DNA of 62,223 bases, counting the filler, from Choristocarpus tenellus KU-1152 (taxonomy: Eukaryota; Protista; Phaeophyceae): NCBI GenBank assembly GCA_964200185.2. It is 9 parts of 9 records of this genome, joined end to end, with 100 filler letters (N's around TTAATTAATTAA, not from the genome) between each part and the next. Parts side by side here need not be neighbours in the genome. Positions count along the whole stretch, not along the records: positions 1 to 11,959 come from CAXNAD020002049.1; positions 12,060 to 18,733 come from CAXNAD020007599.1; 7 more parts are not named here. One strand, 5' to 3'. Below, in pieces: positions 1 to 12,399 of the stretch. Position numbers and translations under genes: made by a program. Every line of letters starts with the position of its first letter. The first letter of the stretch is position 1. The notes under the pieces are model-generated. The model worked only from the letters and a program-made list of their open reading frames with translations. It searched no databases and was not told the origin of the DNA.

Positions 1-1137
1 CCATCCTCAATGAAAAGCTCCATCCTCAATTTTTGAAATCGGCTGTTAAAAGCAGCTTTTGAGACTGATTGTTAAGCCTACTCACTAATAACATGTTCTG
101 AATGGTGTTCATTAATGATCAAGTGAAAGGTGACTAGATCACCTCGGTACCATCTATGATTGTATACTACAAAGCATGGAGGATGCAGGTTGGCCGGTAC
201 CCTGGTTCAGTCATGATGTTCAGCGCTACTAGACTGGCCCTGAGTATATATTACAGGCGCCCCTCGATGCTCACCTTTCCAGGGTGTACAAGTCAAGTCC
301 AATTCACAGATTATCGAAAGTCAGCTCAGCAGAACAATAGTACTCTCAGGTGAATCAAATAGCACAAGGAAAGTGTGTAAATTGGTATCAGTAAGAGAGA
401 ACTGAATAAGTAGGGCTTCTCTGGGCCGTTTGGAGCCGTTTTTAGTATGTATCATCATTTACCGTTGGGGCTTCTCTGGTTTACAAGCATTGGAATATAT
501 TTGACAACCTTTGCGACCTTTCTATCTGGGACCCTTTGCAACTACCCGAGCTACAGACTTTATTCTGCAACTTTTAGGCAAATCGGAATTCCCCCTTTTG
601 GTGTTCCCCACGCGTGTATACTGCTCGCGCCAGTTAAAGCGCGGGAAGAAATACTCGCGCTACGCGCCTGTAACATATAAATTATCTTTCAATAGGCCAT
701 AGAGTCCACTTGAAAACTCTGATGGTCCTGGACCGATTTTGTTCAATCATGCCGCTATTAATGCTGGGTGTGGTCAAGGGCTTGAACGGGTTGAACTTTT
801 GATGTAATGGACTGGTTCTGCTTGTAATTGAAAGTAATAGTGAATGGTATTAGAATTTAGGTACCATTGCTAGTGGAATTAGTAGTACAAGGAATTTTCT
901 TGGATCAGACAAACCTTGTCTGTTCAGGTTTACCCTAGTCGGCGAAAAGCTCTGTTGTAGTACTTGTTACTTCGAGTATTATTATACATAAAAATAACTT
1001 ACCGGAAGATTGCATCTTCCTTCCATCCAATGTGCCGATTTGCATCAAGTCTGTTATACTTTCAAACAACTCCCCATTACCACAACACACAATAGCAGGT
1101 TACCTTTGGACATACCATCGCAGAGACACTTCGTTGT

Positions 1138-2833
1138 ATGGGAAGCACAAGCTCTAAGATGTCCTCTTCGACCAACTCTACTTTCGACATCATCACGCTT
1201 GGTGCAGGTAGAGTACAACAAGCGAGAACCCTGATCATGAGAAGGGTGCCTATCATGTCCTCAAATGTACCAGGCGCAACATACGCCTTCCTCGGAAACC
1301 TCTCGATATTGTTTGATGGAATATAACCTGTGCAAGTCTGAAATTGTGATTGGATTTCTCTCATTCATTCACTATCTCTTCATCTCCCTCTTGGTTATCC
1401 ACGCCTCTCGTCACCTTGTTCTCGCTTCAGGGTGCTTTTGGTGCGTTGAAGCTGTTTATGAACGAGTAGTTGGTGTGACCAAAGTTGAGAGCGGATACAC
1501 GGGCGGTGTTGTAGATAACCCTACGTACAATCAGGTATGCAATGCGCTTTTTTTGGAGCGCTTGCTTACATCTACTGTATGAAGAGTGGTTTATTCAAAG
1601 CTGGAATCACCCCACGTTGTGACCCCAGCCAAGAGGATTGAGCATATCCTGACCCCCGGATGCATCGATTTGCTGCGATGTCAAGCGTATCTTCCCCATG
1701 CATCATATACCTTGTTTGGGCCCCTGATCAAAGTCCGAACCCCTACGACACTCCAGGTCTGCAATGGGAACACAGGACACGCCGAGGCCGTGCAGGTGAC
1801 ATATGATCCGACAAAGGTATCCTTGGCAGAGATCCTTGAAATTTTCTTCAAGATGCACGATCCCACCACCAAGAACCGTCAAGGAGCTGACGTGGGCACC
1901 CAATATAGGTGCGAGCTCGAGTTTTCCAGTATCGAGAGGGACATATTAATTGCGTACCGCTAGCAAGCCTTACCCGCCAGGTATGCATTTGACGGCCCAT
2001 CGTGAAATGGCCCTCTCTAATAGCCCACCTTCTTCCCGCCTTGTACCTTATTACTTTGTTGGCGCTTCAGGAGCGCCATTTTCTATCATACTGATGAGCA
2101 GAGGGAGATAGCTCATGATAGCATCACTGCTGCACAACCCAAGTTCAGTTCTCCCATCGTTACAGAGGTTACCGCTGCCGGGACTTGGTGAGCAAGTGGG
2201 CTTTCCCAGTCCCCACACCTTTCTATTCTAATGTGCTCATAGCTCTCAATGGAGACGTAATGATTACTCATTAGTATATACTGCCGTGGCTTTGAGGAGG
2301 AACCTGTGTCTGTTGCCATTTGTGGAGTTAGATTTGCTGATTTTTCTCTTTCAAATATATATTTTTTGAGGTATGAATGTTACGTTGCCACGTCCAAGGC
2401 TATGAATGACACATCATAGCTAAAACAGTTAAAGCTGTACTAGGTGCGATACTTGTACCTATCTACTACTTTTTGGAGGAGGGCAGTCTTTCATTGTGAA
2501 GTCAAGCACCATGCCTCCAAATATTGGTATGCCTCTCTCTCCATTCTAGGTGTGATCCCTTTCAAAACCTTGTTTGCATCCCAGATGTCACAGATCGGAT
2601 GGTATTGAAAAGGTCTAACACACCTGTTCACATCGACTCAAGTTTTGAATCCTTCCTAATCTAATGCTAGGTATGTTGCTGAAAAGTCGCACCAGGACTT
2701 TTATTTCAGGAATAAGAGCGACAACGGATACTGCAGATACGTCATCCACCCCAAGCTTCAGAAGGTGGGAATGAAATCTGTAGTGTTTCTAATAAGTAAA
2801 TCTCAATCTTGGCTATACGATCGTTGTTACTGA
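1138..2833 (+). CDS. msrA: Peptide methionine-S-sulfoxide reductase MsrA, 5 exons (1138-1207, 1431-1534, 1757-1908, 2071-2187, 2671-2833; 3' end may instead splice at 2764)
   Basis: Phase-consistent GT..AG joins give MGSTSSK...[30 protein letters not shown]...[24 protein letters not shown]...[22 protein letters not shown]...AEKSHQDFY...GYC. GCFW, GHAE, QGxDxGTQYRS and AExxHQ are all canonical MsrA motifs. Confidence 0.95.
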
Positions 2834-5256
2834 AATCATGCATGTCTTAACTGTAATACTGCTTCTGAGTGTTGCCTTTGTTTCCATAACCTGGTGACCA
2901 TCTATACCACCCTACATGTTTTTCTGGAACATTTTCCTACGGGATCCATGCCTGCAGGTGAATCACAAAAAGTACAAGGGACCAGGAATCATGTCTGCAA
3001 TAATCCGGTAGAGCTCTAGCTGCTGATGTGTATGAACTGGAGACTGGGGATGGGGGAGATGGATTATGCAAGTCCTCTGGGAGGGTAGCTAGACTAGAGG
3101 GTGCTTCATGCACCAGATTTACAATGACTGGTATCCTTTTCAAGTGGTGACACAGGGCCGAGTGCCTGTATTGAGGAGATACTGCTATTGGACAGAATGT
3201 AGAGTGGGTTTTAAGACCAAGCACAGTTTTGGGTACAAACTGACATTTTTGCACAGAGCTCTACTCTTCTGAACAAAAGAGGGTGGGTGGTCTTGTCACC
3301 AGGGACATCATTGTAATGGAATAATATTGAGAGATGTTCTGTTCTGAACGCTGGCTTGTGTACTTTGCCACTGCAGGCAGGGTAAGTGGTTGAGACTCAG
3401 AATGCAAGACCACATGGTGCAATTGTAGTCACCATGTATGTACCAAATCAGCATATTTGCACAGGCTGTCCACACAGCCATGCAGTCACACATTGTTCGA
3501 AGCACTTTCATATTTTCCATTGTAAAGCTTAACAGGAATGCAATATGCGAAAAACAGTCCATTGCCTACTTCGGGGAGAAGATTGCATGTCAAAGAAAAA
3601 TCCATTTTCTGCTTGGAAAATGTAGCAAACATTTTTTTTTTCATAATTCTTCCTTCTTTCTTGATACAAACTGAACATACGTATAGAACATACATCAACT
3701 GCACCTAAGTTCCACAGACTGAAATCCGTATTTCGTGAATAATCCTGTTCTGCTGCGGAGAGTAACATACTGTTGGAGTGCCCTCTCTCAAATTGTGAAT
3801 GCATGTGAACTGTGTGTTGCTACCACGCCTGGAATGTTTTACTAAAAACTTACGCAAACCAAAAGATTCATCACAGCATATTTTCTGGACTTAGGTGGAA
3901 CAATCACTCTTTTGAGTGCATCGGGGCACTGGAGGAAAACAAGTGGAAGGCCTGACATTGTGGTGGGTATGTAATCTGTCGCCTGAGTGGCAAATAGCTT
4001 TGAATTGGTCAAACTGTTTCTACCCTACAGTATGAATGTATTTCCTCTGGAAAGCATCAGATCTAACAGTTTGCGTGGGCGAGGAAATATGCTCCCGAAG
4101 CTGATGCTTAAACTAGACAAATGTTTTGCTCTGAACACTGGGCATCTGTATGCAAACCAGGTTGTGGAAGATGCATTGAACACTACAGAGAAAGAAACGC
4201 GTTGGGAGACACGACCTCCAACCTTTCACTCAGGTGAATAATCACTGCTTCTCAAGCACTACCCCGATCACTGCCTCGCAGGTCTCAAACCTCTTTGTGA
4301 CCCCGTCCTCTCAACAGCAGACTCTCAAAAGCTACATGTGTTCCTTCTATTTGCCTGTACTTAACCATCTTAATTTGATCTCAGATGGAGGGTAAAGCAC
4401 AGAGACATAGTGAAAATCCCCGGGCCAGCATTACAATGATGCACGATCTCTAGTAGATATAAGTCGTGTACACCAGTTAAATTTACACAATACTGAATAA
4501 ACTCAGATCAACCTACACATATACTCCTTGCAAAATAGAGCGCAAAGTCTGTCTAACACAAATGGGGCAGTCCTGTTGCTCCAATGATGCACAGGTATGA
4601 CAAATACAGGGAGAGCTATGTGAACCATCACACCTCACCACCCTCTGTGACATAACACGAAATATTCCACCTGTCTTTGCTGTCAACACAATGAGGCGTC
4701 ATGTCACAAAACCTTGGTGTGCGTGTATGCAACGAGATTCAGTTTAGGAATATGATGGGTTCCATATAGGGAGGCTTGCAGCCTGCAACATCAACTGGGG
4801 AAGACTGAGAACCTAGTTGTATAGAGTATGGGAGGTGTGTGCAGGGGATTCCCTGCAAAAACCTTCAAAATGGGAATGGGGGACTGTTCAATAGATGTCA
4901 CAGTTGCACTTGTGACAACATGCACCAGTGTGTTGTCACAGGAAAAGGAGTATCGATCCACACTATCAACATCGCTCCTGCATAGTTGGGGGAGGTAGGG
5001 TGAGCAGAGAATAGACAAGCCTTCATCCCACTAGCAAAACCTCCAGCACGTCCTATCCACGCACCTCTCAGATATTGCAACAAGCAGTGCCTTGGCCAAT
5101 CAATCGCAGAGCACCATCATGAATGGAAAAGGTAAGGAATGCAATGAACCACTATGTGGGCATACAACACATGAATGTGCAACACATGTGCAACTAAACT
5201 GCCAGCAAGTTCTCTGCAAGGGCATAGCGCACCACACAACACAAAGACCTATTGGA

Positions 5257-7958
5257 TTAGACCACCATGCTATCAAGGTCAATGTCTTCGTCGTCCTCAT
5301 CAGCGACCTCTCCCTGTGGGTTACGGAAAACGTCCTTGATCACGCTCCCAAGGTCATCCCACTCACTGCTGAGCTCCACATCCTCCTTCCGCCGTTCAGC
5401 ATCGTCCCTATGTAAACCCCCCCCCCCCAAGGAAACATGACCCAAGGACAGCTTTCAGTCAACAAGAACTTGCATGCAATCCACATGCAGTATAATGAGA
5501 GATTGCAGCAACATTCATACCTATGATGCAACTAGAGGACGTTCACATCTCTCACACCGAGTGAATCATTTGCGTTCCCTTCTCCTCAACACACACAAGT
5601 TGAGTCAAATCATCATAATGCAGGCATAACCGCACCCCATCTCAAGAATCCACTCCTGACAAGATTTTAAACTTAGAACTCACCTCGCCCTTGCAATGCG
5701 TTCGTCAAACCTCGCCCGTGCCTCATCCGACATGCCAGAGATCTTGTAGACAGCACAAAGTCGCGAGGGTTTGAACACCTTGGCCTTGAACATGATCACT
5801 GGGGGCACGTTTGCTATTGCAAACTTCAAGGTAACAAACACAGGCATAGGTGTCCAGTGCGTCCCAGAGACAGGGATCAAAGCAGCAGGGGGAGTGGGTA
5901 AGGAAAGAGCTCACCGTGAGAGGAAACAAGGGAAAGAAGGGCTGGACAAGAGAGAGTAGGAGGTATTGTTTTTGCGACCTGAATTGCAGCACAGCAACGA
6001 GCATAACACTGTTCTGAATAATCTTTTGTCCTTACCTCTGGGTTGAGATGGTATCTATCATCAATATCAGCTGGCATGCCGTTGGGGGTGCCTGAGCTGT
6101 AAGGAACGGGCTGGAACAGCTCTCCTGCAATGGCAAGTGTAGGAGAGCAGTGAGGGGTAGTGAGGGGAGAGGGGTATTACCTGAAAGATCGTAGCACTCA
6201 GTGCGTGGGATAACGGCAGTTAGGGACCATGGCAGCGTTATGGAGGCCATGCACTACTCTCCAACCCTCAAGCATGCCTGTAACGTCCTAAGCATGGGAA
6301 TAAAACCTGACCAAAGTCTTAGGCCAAATAACAATGGCCTACATAAAGAACAGACATTACAACACGAATAGATAAGGCATCATGAGGCAGAAAGAGTTAT
6401 CAAGGAGAAGGGGGGCTACATCAACCTCCTTATGTTATATCTATGCCACCTCCAACCCCTCATACAACTGTGTACACATTTCCATAACCTCCCTCGTGTG
6501 TCTCCATCTATCAATTCCATACTGTTGGACTGTCAGCAATGAAAAAAAAGAGCATGTCAACAGCAAGCAAAAGCTAGTAGGCACGGTGATTCCCTAGCCC
6601 CCAGTTAATGCAGCTGATGCTCTGTGAGCTGATAAAAAGTGAGGAGAAAGGTCACAACAAGGGTCCCTCCGTGAGGAAACTGAAGTGTTGATGCAAACAC
6701 TCATGCTACATATGTGATCATGAAATATGTTCTGTGTTGAGACTACCAAAACACGATTTTACTATCAGTTACTCTTATCAGTGAGGCTCAACTGAAGACA
6801 GGTATTGTCCAAAGATGAAGAAACACTACTCATGCAACTCACATGGGGGGATCCCGACCTCAAATGCAGAATGAGGAGGATGGAATGGGTAAATCGATGA
6901 ATGCTGAATTCTTGGTGGGAAAAGAACCAAATAATATGTACCAAAAACAAAATACACCAGCCAAGATCACACTAATGGCAACAGTCGCGACGTACTCTGC
7001 ACACTCCAACATCATTCGGCAGGGATATTCAGTCCCAACAGAGAAACGAAGTCTTGAGGTTGAATATGAATGCGCAAATTAAGCAAATGTGTGTAGGAAC
7101 TTCCACACACCTATATACTCTGCCTTCTCGCATTCGAATTGTTTCGCCACTTCTGCAAGCATATCTGGATGTTGAAGGTAGGCATTCAACTGTGCCGCTG
7201 TCTTTGTGATGTTGAGAAAGCAGCAGCAGATCATTTCGGGCGGATGGTGGGCAAGGAGGGCGTGAGCTCCGACCTCTCACCAAGCGAGAAGCACCAAACA
7301 CTCGAGTAGTACACTTGAATAAAAAGTCAAAGCATCCATCAGTCTCACTCATTCTCTCCCCAGATGGATACCCGAGGAGCGTAGAGTGCACGTGGAAGTA
7401 GGGGTAATAGATGCTACCCAAAGGTGGCACACCTCTTCTGTGAGGTCGAACGTGCCGTCATAAGTCTCCACCGCCCGGATCGCCATCATGGGAGCAATAG
7501 AAGTCTTTTTCGCGTAACTAATTGTGGGAGATGCTGAGTGTGCGAAGGAACTTCGCACACCATGGACATGCCCTACAGTCCAACCTGAACATTTGAGTAT
7601 GAGGAGGGTAAGGGTCGTTGAATATCTCGGGTGGCTCGCTGTCGCATACATTTACTGAGGGAACCAATTTTTTCTTCTTGCCGATAGATATTTTCACACG
7701 TGGTCGTGCAGCGTGGGAGATTTACCAAAACAAGGTGTAGGGACAGGCAAGGTTTACATGAACTGATGTTCATGATTCTATAGGGGGAAAATGGGCACGA
7801 AGGACAGAGGTAGAGATCTTGGGAGGTACCTCTACATATGTGCATTTCTCAGGATGATTACATTGGGGCAGCGAATACCCACCAGAGGTAACGAAAGCTG
7901 TGGCTCTCCAAGCTGAAGCCACCACCACAGTCGCAGTCATTGCACCCATCATCGACAT
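5257..7958 (-). CDS. Plastid-targeted protein of unknown function, ~239 aa, 7 exons (7958-7883, 7584-7433, 7201-7119, 7052-6996, 6096-6036, 5823-5684, 5407-5257)
   Basis: All joins are GT..AG and phase-consistent (720 nt, no internal stop). N-terminus MSMMGAMTATVVVASAWRATAFVTSG is signal-peptide-like with an A-F cleavage motif, followed by an S/T/basic transit-like segment. C-terminal tail is acidic. Extra small exons between 6996 and 6096 cannot be excluded. Confidence 0.7.
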
Positions 7959-8701
7959 CTTCCCGCTTCAAGTATGCGACTCTGGTTTCTTGACCCCCAA
8001 CTTCGAGGATACCCTTAGTATTCAAAAAGAGTCGTATCAATGCTTACTAGATCAATCAGGAGGGACTGTAATATGGTGTTCACACCCAGAAGAAGGTAGG
8101 TCTAAGGTAGATCTACTACATGACAAAACCATGGCCCAACAAAAAACCCCAAAACTCCATCTCCACTATCCATACAGGCATGTTGCAGGTTTCATTTTTG
8201 AATAGAAAAGGACTATAATTGTGTCTGATCTAGACGCAAGCACGCATTTAAACTAGACACGATTGAGAGATGGAGAGTCACCTAGCCATGATTCCTGGAT
8301 CAGGACTGGGAGATGTAGGAGATGGAAATGAGAAGGGTGCTGAGGGCGATTCACCTGGCACACTGGACCAGTTGGCGTTGGAGGGGGAGATGAAAGATGG
8401 AAGAGAGTTCACTACCAATAGTGGGTAAGTTCAGCTGCGGCAATATGCAACACCGCTCTACGGATATGCAGATGCAGCCAAGCTCTCCTATAGAGGTATA
8501 ACTCAGTGCGAAAACGCTATTATCCAACCTGGGCACCAAGTATTTCGACATATCTAAGGCAGTACAACCTGAAGTCTACTTGATTCAAGGAACCCGAGAA
8601 CTCTACGACCTACTTCTCAGCCCTCTTGCGCCTTCAGCATTCAGAAGAATCAGAACAAAATTTCACCTATCTATTTCTACCCCCTGCTCCCCCTTGTAGA
8701 T

Positions 8702-9398
8702 ATGAACAATTGACTGGAATGATGCGGATGTCCGTACTCTTTCGCCAAAGAATATGGTGTGCACAATCTTGAAGACTTTAGTTGCTTGATGATGAGCGAA
8801 TTGGTGACGCACGAAATGCTGGTATTTCGAATGGAGATATTACAACATAGAGCCTTCCAATACGCTTTGAGGTCAGGGATGCTCAGATGGGGTGCATTTG
8901 CCTTTTACGCCAGTTGAATGAAGCAGTCGGGCGACCACAGTTAGATGTAGATGGCAAATATGACCTTTCATATAAATTCCCTTTGAATCGCTATCCTCAA
9001 GTCGCTGAAATTCTTCTTGCATAAAAAGCATATACGACGTTCCTATTCGACATCACTACAGCTGAGTGCGTTGAAATACGCTACAACGGCGAGGAAACCC
9101 TCCCTATCGTTTCTTCTACCCTGGCCTTCCTAGTAGAACTACTCCAACAACATGGAATGAGTTGTAAGCCACCTTCCCCCCTACACGGTTTGTATGTAGG
9201 GTGCCCTCATCGGTGGTAGATGCAGACTTTGTGGAGCATCAATTGATCCGTAACCGTATCCGAAACAAGGAGCATGCGCGCACGATGCGCAAGAGGAAGA
9301 AGGAGAAACTCTCAAACCTTATGCAACACGTGGCAGGGCTGCTGGCGAAGCGGCGGAACCTCCTGGAAAAGGGTTGCGTCTCGGGGGCAGAGGTATAG
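8702..9398 (+). pseudogene. SAM-like + bZIP transcription factor gene with two in-frame TGA in exon 1 (exons 8702-8871 and 9200-9392/9398)
   Basis: Exon 2 RNRIRNKEHARTMRKRKKEKLSNLMQHVAGLLAKRRNL matches the bZIP basic region (N-x7-R) plus a short zipper. The phase-2 join to the upstream exon MNN*LE*CGCPYSFAKEYGVHNLEDFSCL...HRAFQYALR is consistent. Confidence 0.55.
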
Positions 9399-11522
9399 GA
9401 TGTGATCTCCCCTCCCCTCATCTTTCTGTAACCACTTCCCCCCACTTGCCCTACCATAGGTTTACGCGGGAAGAAAGTTCTCCTTGCTTGGTGTACTACC
9501 GAATTTGCAGTTTGTGTGTGTTTTTGTGTGTGATTGTTTAAACCTTGATGGACCCTCATAGCCTTGTACACAGCAGTTTTCTGATAAGTACGCTATGAGT
9601 GCCCCTTGTTTATGATTACATAATTTCCTGGGCTGTCCGTTCACTTACTCTAGTGGTGAGGTTAGCAGGGAATGAGGAGACACGTGTGGGATATTCTTAC
9701 AGATGTAGACGCACGTTGCACTTCACCATTTCAGGTATGTTAGCAGGAATACACGTATTAGAATGCACTTCAAATCATACACATGCTCCTGCACAGTGTT
9801 GCCAAGACCCGATCCACATGCACCTTAGAGAAGAGGTCACCATTGTGTGTCCTGAGAAAGGGATTGCCCAGAGATGAGAATATGAGAGTACTCGATTGTT
9901 CATGAATTCTTGTCGAATACTCTATTGTGGCTAGCACTAAAGGTACAAGCAGCAGTAACACTTAGCTTGTAATGCTTGCAATATGGAGTGCAGAATAAGA
10001 GGACCAAACAAATCGTCCAGAATGTGCTTGGATGTTTTCTTGCTCAGCGCTGCTGGGACGAGAAAGGATGCACCTTTATTGCACCTGGATCTTGAACATT
10101 AGCCATATCAAGTGTGTATAAGGCTGGAGCTTTCCATTCTCATCTTTTCTTGTTATTGGAGGTTTTGGAACCTCTATCCTTGAGGTCCGCTCTTTTTTTA
10201 TGTAACCCTCAGTTTTTTTCTGCAACTGCCTATGTGCCATATTAGGTGTCCCACAGTCCATCAGGACAGAAAACTGTTGTTTCAGGAGGGATGGAAGCTC
10301 TCATAAATGAGAGGAAAGCAGTTGTGTTTCAGAAGTTCATGGAATGCCGAGCGCTGGGCTTGGAGGTGAGGTCAAGGGCAGGCATCTACTGTAGGAGCCT
10401 GATGTAGAAAGGGACTTGGGAAGGAGGGCGGAGGGGGGGTAAGGGAAGGAGTGAAATTTCCTTCACCAAAGTAATTGGAAGAAGGTACTTTCCAGTGCAA
10501 GCCTTGAAAAGCTGTGCGATTTTTTCTTCTCAGGAAGGTGTACACCAGCATTTTATGTTTGCTGTGACATATATTTCAGATGGGTCAAAACATTAGTTGC
10601 ATGAGGGTTTGCTGCCCTGGCCAGCATGCACATGTGTTAGCACAATGGAAGGTGTACATGCTGCTCCTTACTTCACAATAATCATATGTTGCATATGGAA
10701 CAAAAGGTAAGAGAGCATGTATCGAAACTGTCAATGTTAGTAGCTACCCCTTTTTTATTTTTCTGACAGTAACAGTACTGTATTCTACATGTGGCAGTAC
10801 GAGATGAGACTATTGTGTGTGTGGACTATTCCTCAAAATTCAGATGTAGTCGGTAAAAAGATGTTATGTATCCGCTTAGAAAACGTGCGCGTGTGTGTTT
10901 TCGGTTTTTGTTTTATTATTTTCTTTAAAAAAAAAAACAGGATCAAGAGCCATGGAAAGAGGTCGTGGTCGCCCAAGGATTCCGATTGACTCTGCCCCTC
11001 CAACCCTACCTCTGCTCACATGATATGACACGGCACTCAACAGCACTTGAAGCACCACCACCACCGGGAGTAAGGAAAGGGATAAATCCAGGCCGGGCAG
11101 GGGCAGGGACAGAGGGAGTTGGAGCTGACACAAGCAACAAAAATTCTGGAAGGGGGGGGGTAGCGGTTGGTGGCAGGGTCATCCTCAACGGTTTAAATGA
11201 CCTCACTGCAGATGCTGCTGCTGTAAGGTGTGTAACTGTTAGAAGGTCTCGTCTCTTCTGTTCCTCACCAACCCTCCCACACTGGTGTGCAGGGTTATGT
11301 TTTTTTTTCTTTATGGATGGATGGATGGATGGATATGTGTGTGTTTGTGTGTGTGTAACAGGAGTTTTGGAGTACTGCAGCCGTATGGTTCCACCAGATA
11401 CTCTCATCACTTCCGTACTTACTTCCCTCACGGCCGTGCAGGATTTTTTTTTTTGCTTTTTTTCTATAAATATATACATTTTTTCTTGAAGTTACCTTGT
11501 GACTGCAACAGCAGCAGCAACA

Positions 11523-11556
11523 AGTGAGTGAGTGAGTGAGTGAGTGAGTGAGTGAG
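11523..11556. repeat. (GAGT)n microsatellite
   Basis: About 8 tandem GAGT units. Confidence 0.9.
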
Positions 11557-11959
11557 ATGCTCTTACGGGGTCCCTGAAAATTGTATTCTACAGTGTCGAT
11601 CCTCACCGGAAAAAAAAAAAGAAAAAAAAAAAAGGACTGCACAGACGCGCTGCGCTGCCTGCCTGGCCTGCCTGGGAGGGTTTTGCCTAAATACTGGGGC
11701 AAGCCTCACAAACCACTTGTCAAATCAGTCCACATATTCGAAAGCTGTTATTGCTCATCAAAGGTCGAAACATTGGGACCGGTCCCGGTCCGGAACTAGT
11801 ACCCTACTCCCAAGTTTATGTACACTCCTCTTGCGTTTGCCCATGTCGTGGATGTGTATTTGCTTCCCTCCTTGTGTAGGGGGAGGTGGCCACACACCTG
11901 GATGTGTGGACCTCTGTATTACATCTTGTTGCCACGGCCGCCCTGACGGCTACGGGGGG

Positions 11960-12059
11960 NNNNNNNNNNNNNNNNNNNNNNNNNNNNNNNNNNNNNNNNN
12001 NNNTTAATTAATTAANNNNNNNNNNNNNNNNNNNNNNNNNNNNNNNNNNNNNNNNNNNN
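11960..12059. other. Artificial contig linker (44N-TTAATTAATTAA-44N); identical linkers at 18734-18833, 23695-23794, 36556-36655, 40042-40141, 43037-43136, 49031-49130, 55051-55150
   Basis: Eight exactly 100-bp identical spacers with a core carrying stop codons in all six frames. Confidence 0.98.
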
Positions 12060-12399
12060 AAACCCCCCAAAAATTATGATACGGAAAAAATTGGCCCCAA
12101 ATGGACCGCCCCCCCCCCCCCCCCCAGATACTTTGAGCCCTATTTGCTGGTGCTCTCAGAAAACCGTTGAATATGGTATTTTTCCCTCCAGCAATACTGT
12201 GACCAAGGACCCTTGAGAATTGTTCAAGTGTAAAACACATTTCAGAAAGGTTGGGAAGAGTATGATACACAGGGTGTTGCGCTGTCGAAGCAAGGAAAGT
12301 GTGATACTGTGGGGTGGTGATGATATGACCTTACTGCGTTATGTGAGGTCGCAATGATAGGTGATGCTTGGCAAGAAGGTGGTGTCAACTGCCTTATTA

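Noticed and set aside
1431-1445. Selenocysteine MsrA
   Set aside because: The catalytic codon is TGC (Cys), not TGA.
10965-12007. Long ORFs of 135-174 aa in the ORF track
   Set aside because: They run through microsatellites and homopolymers, or are antisense to exon-like blocks, and have no recognisable domain.
12004-12015. TTAATTAATTAA as a biological motif (e.g. TTAA target site)
   Set aside because: Always centred in N runs with identical spacing, so it is an assembly linker.
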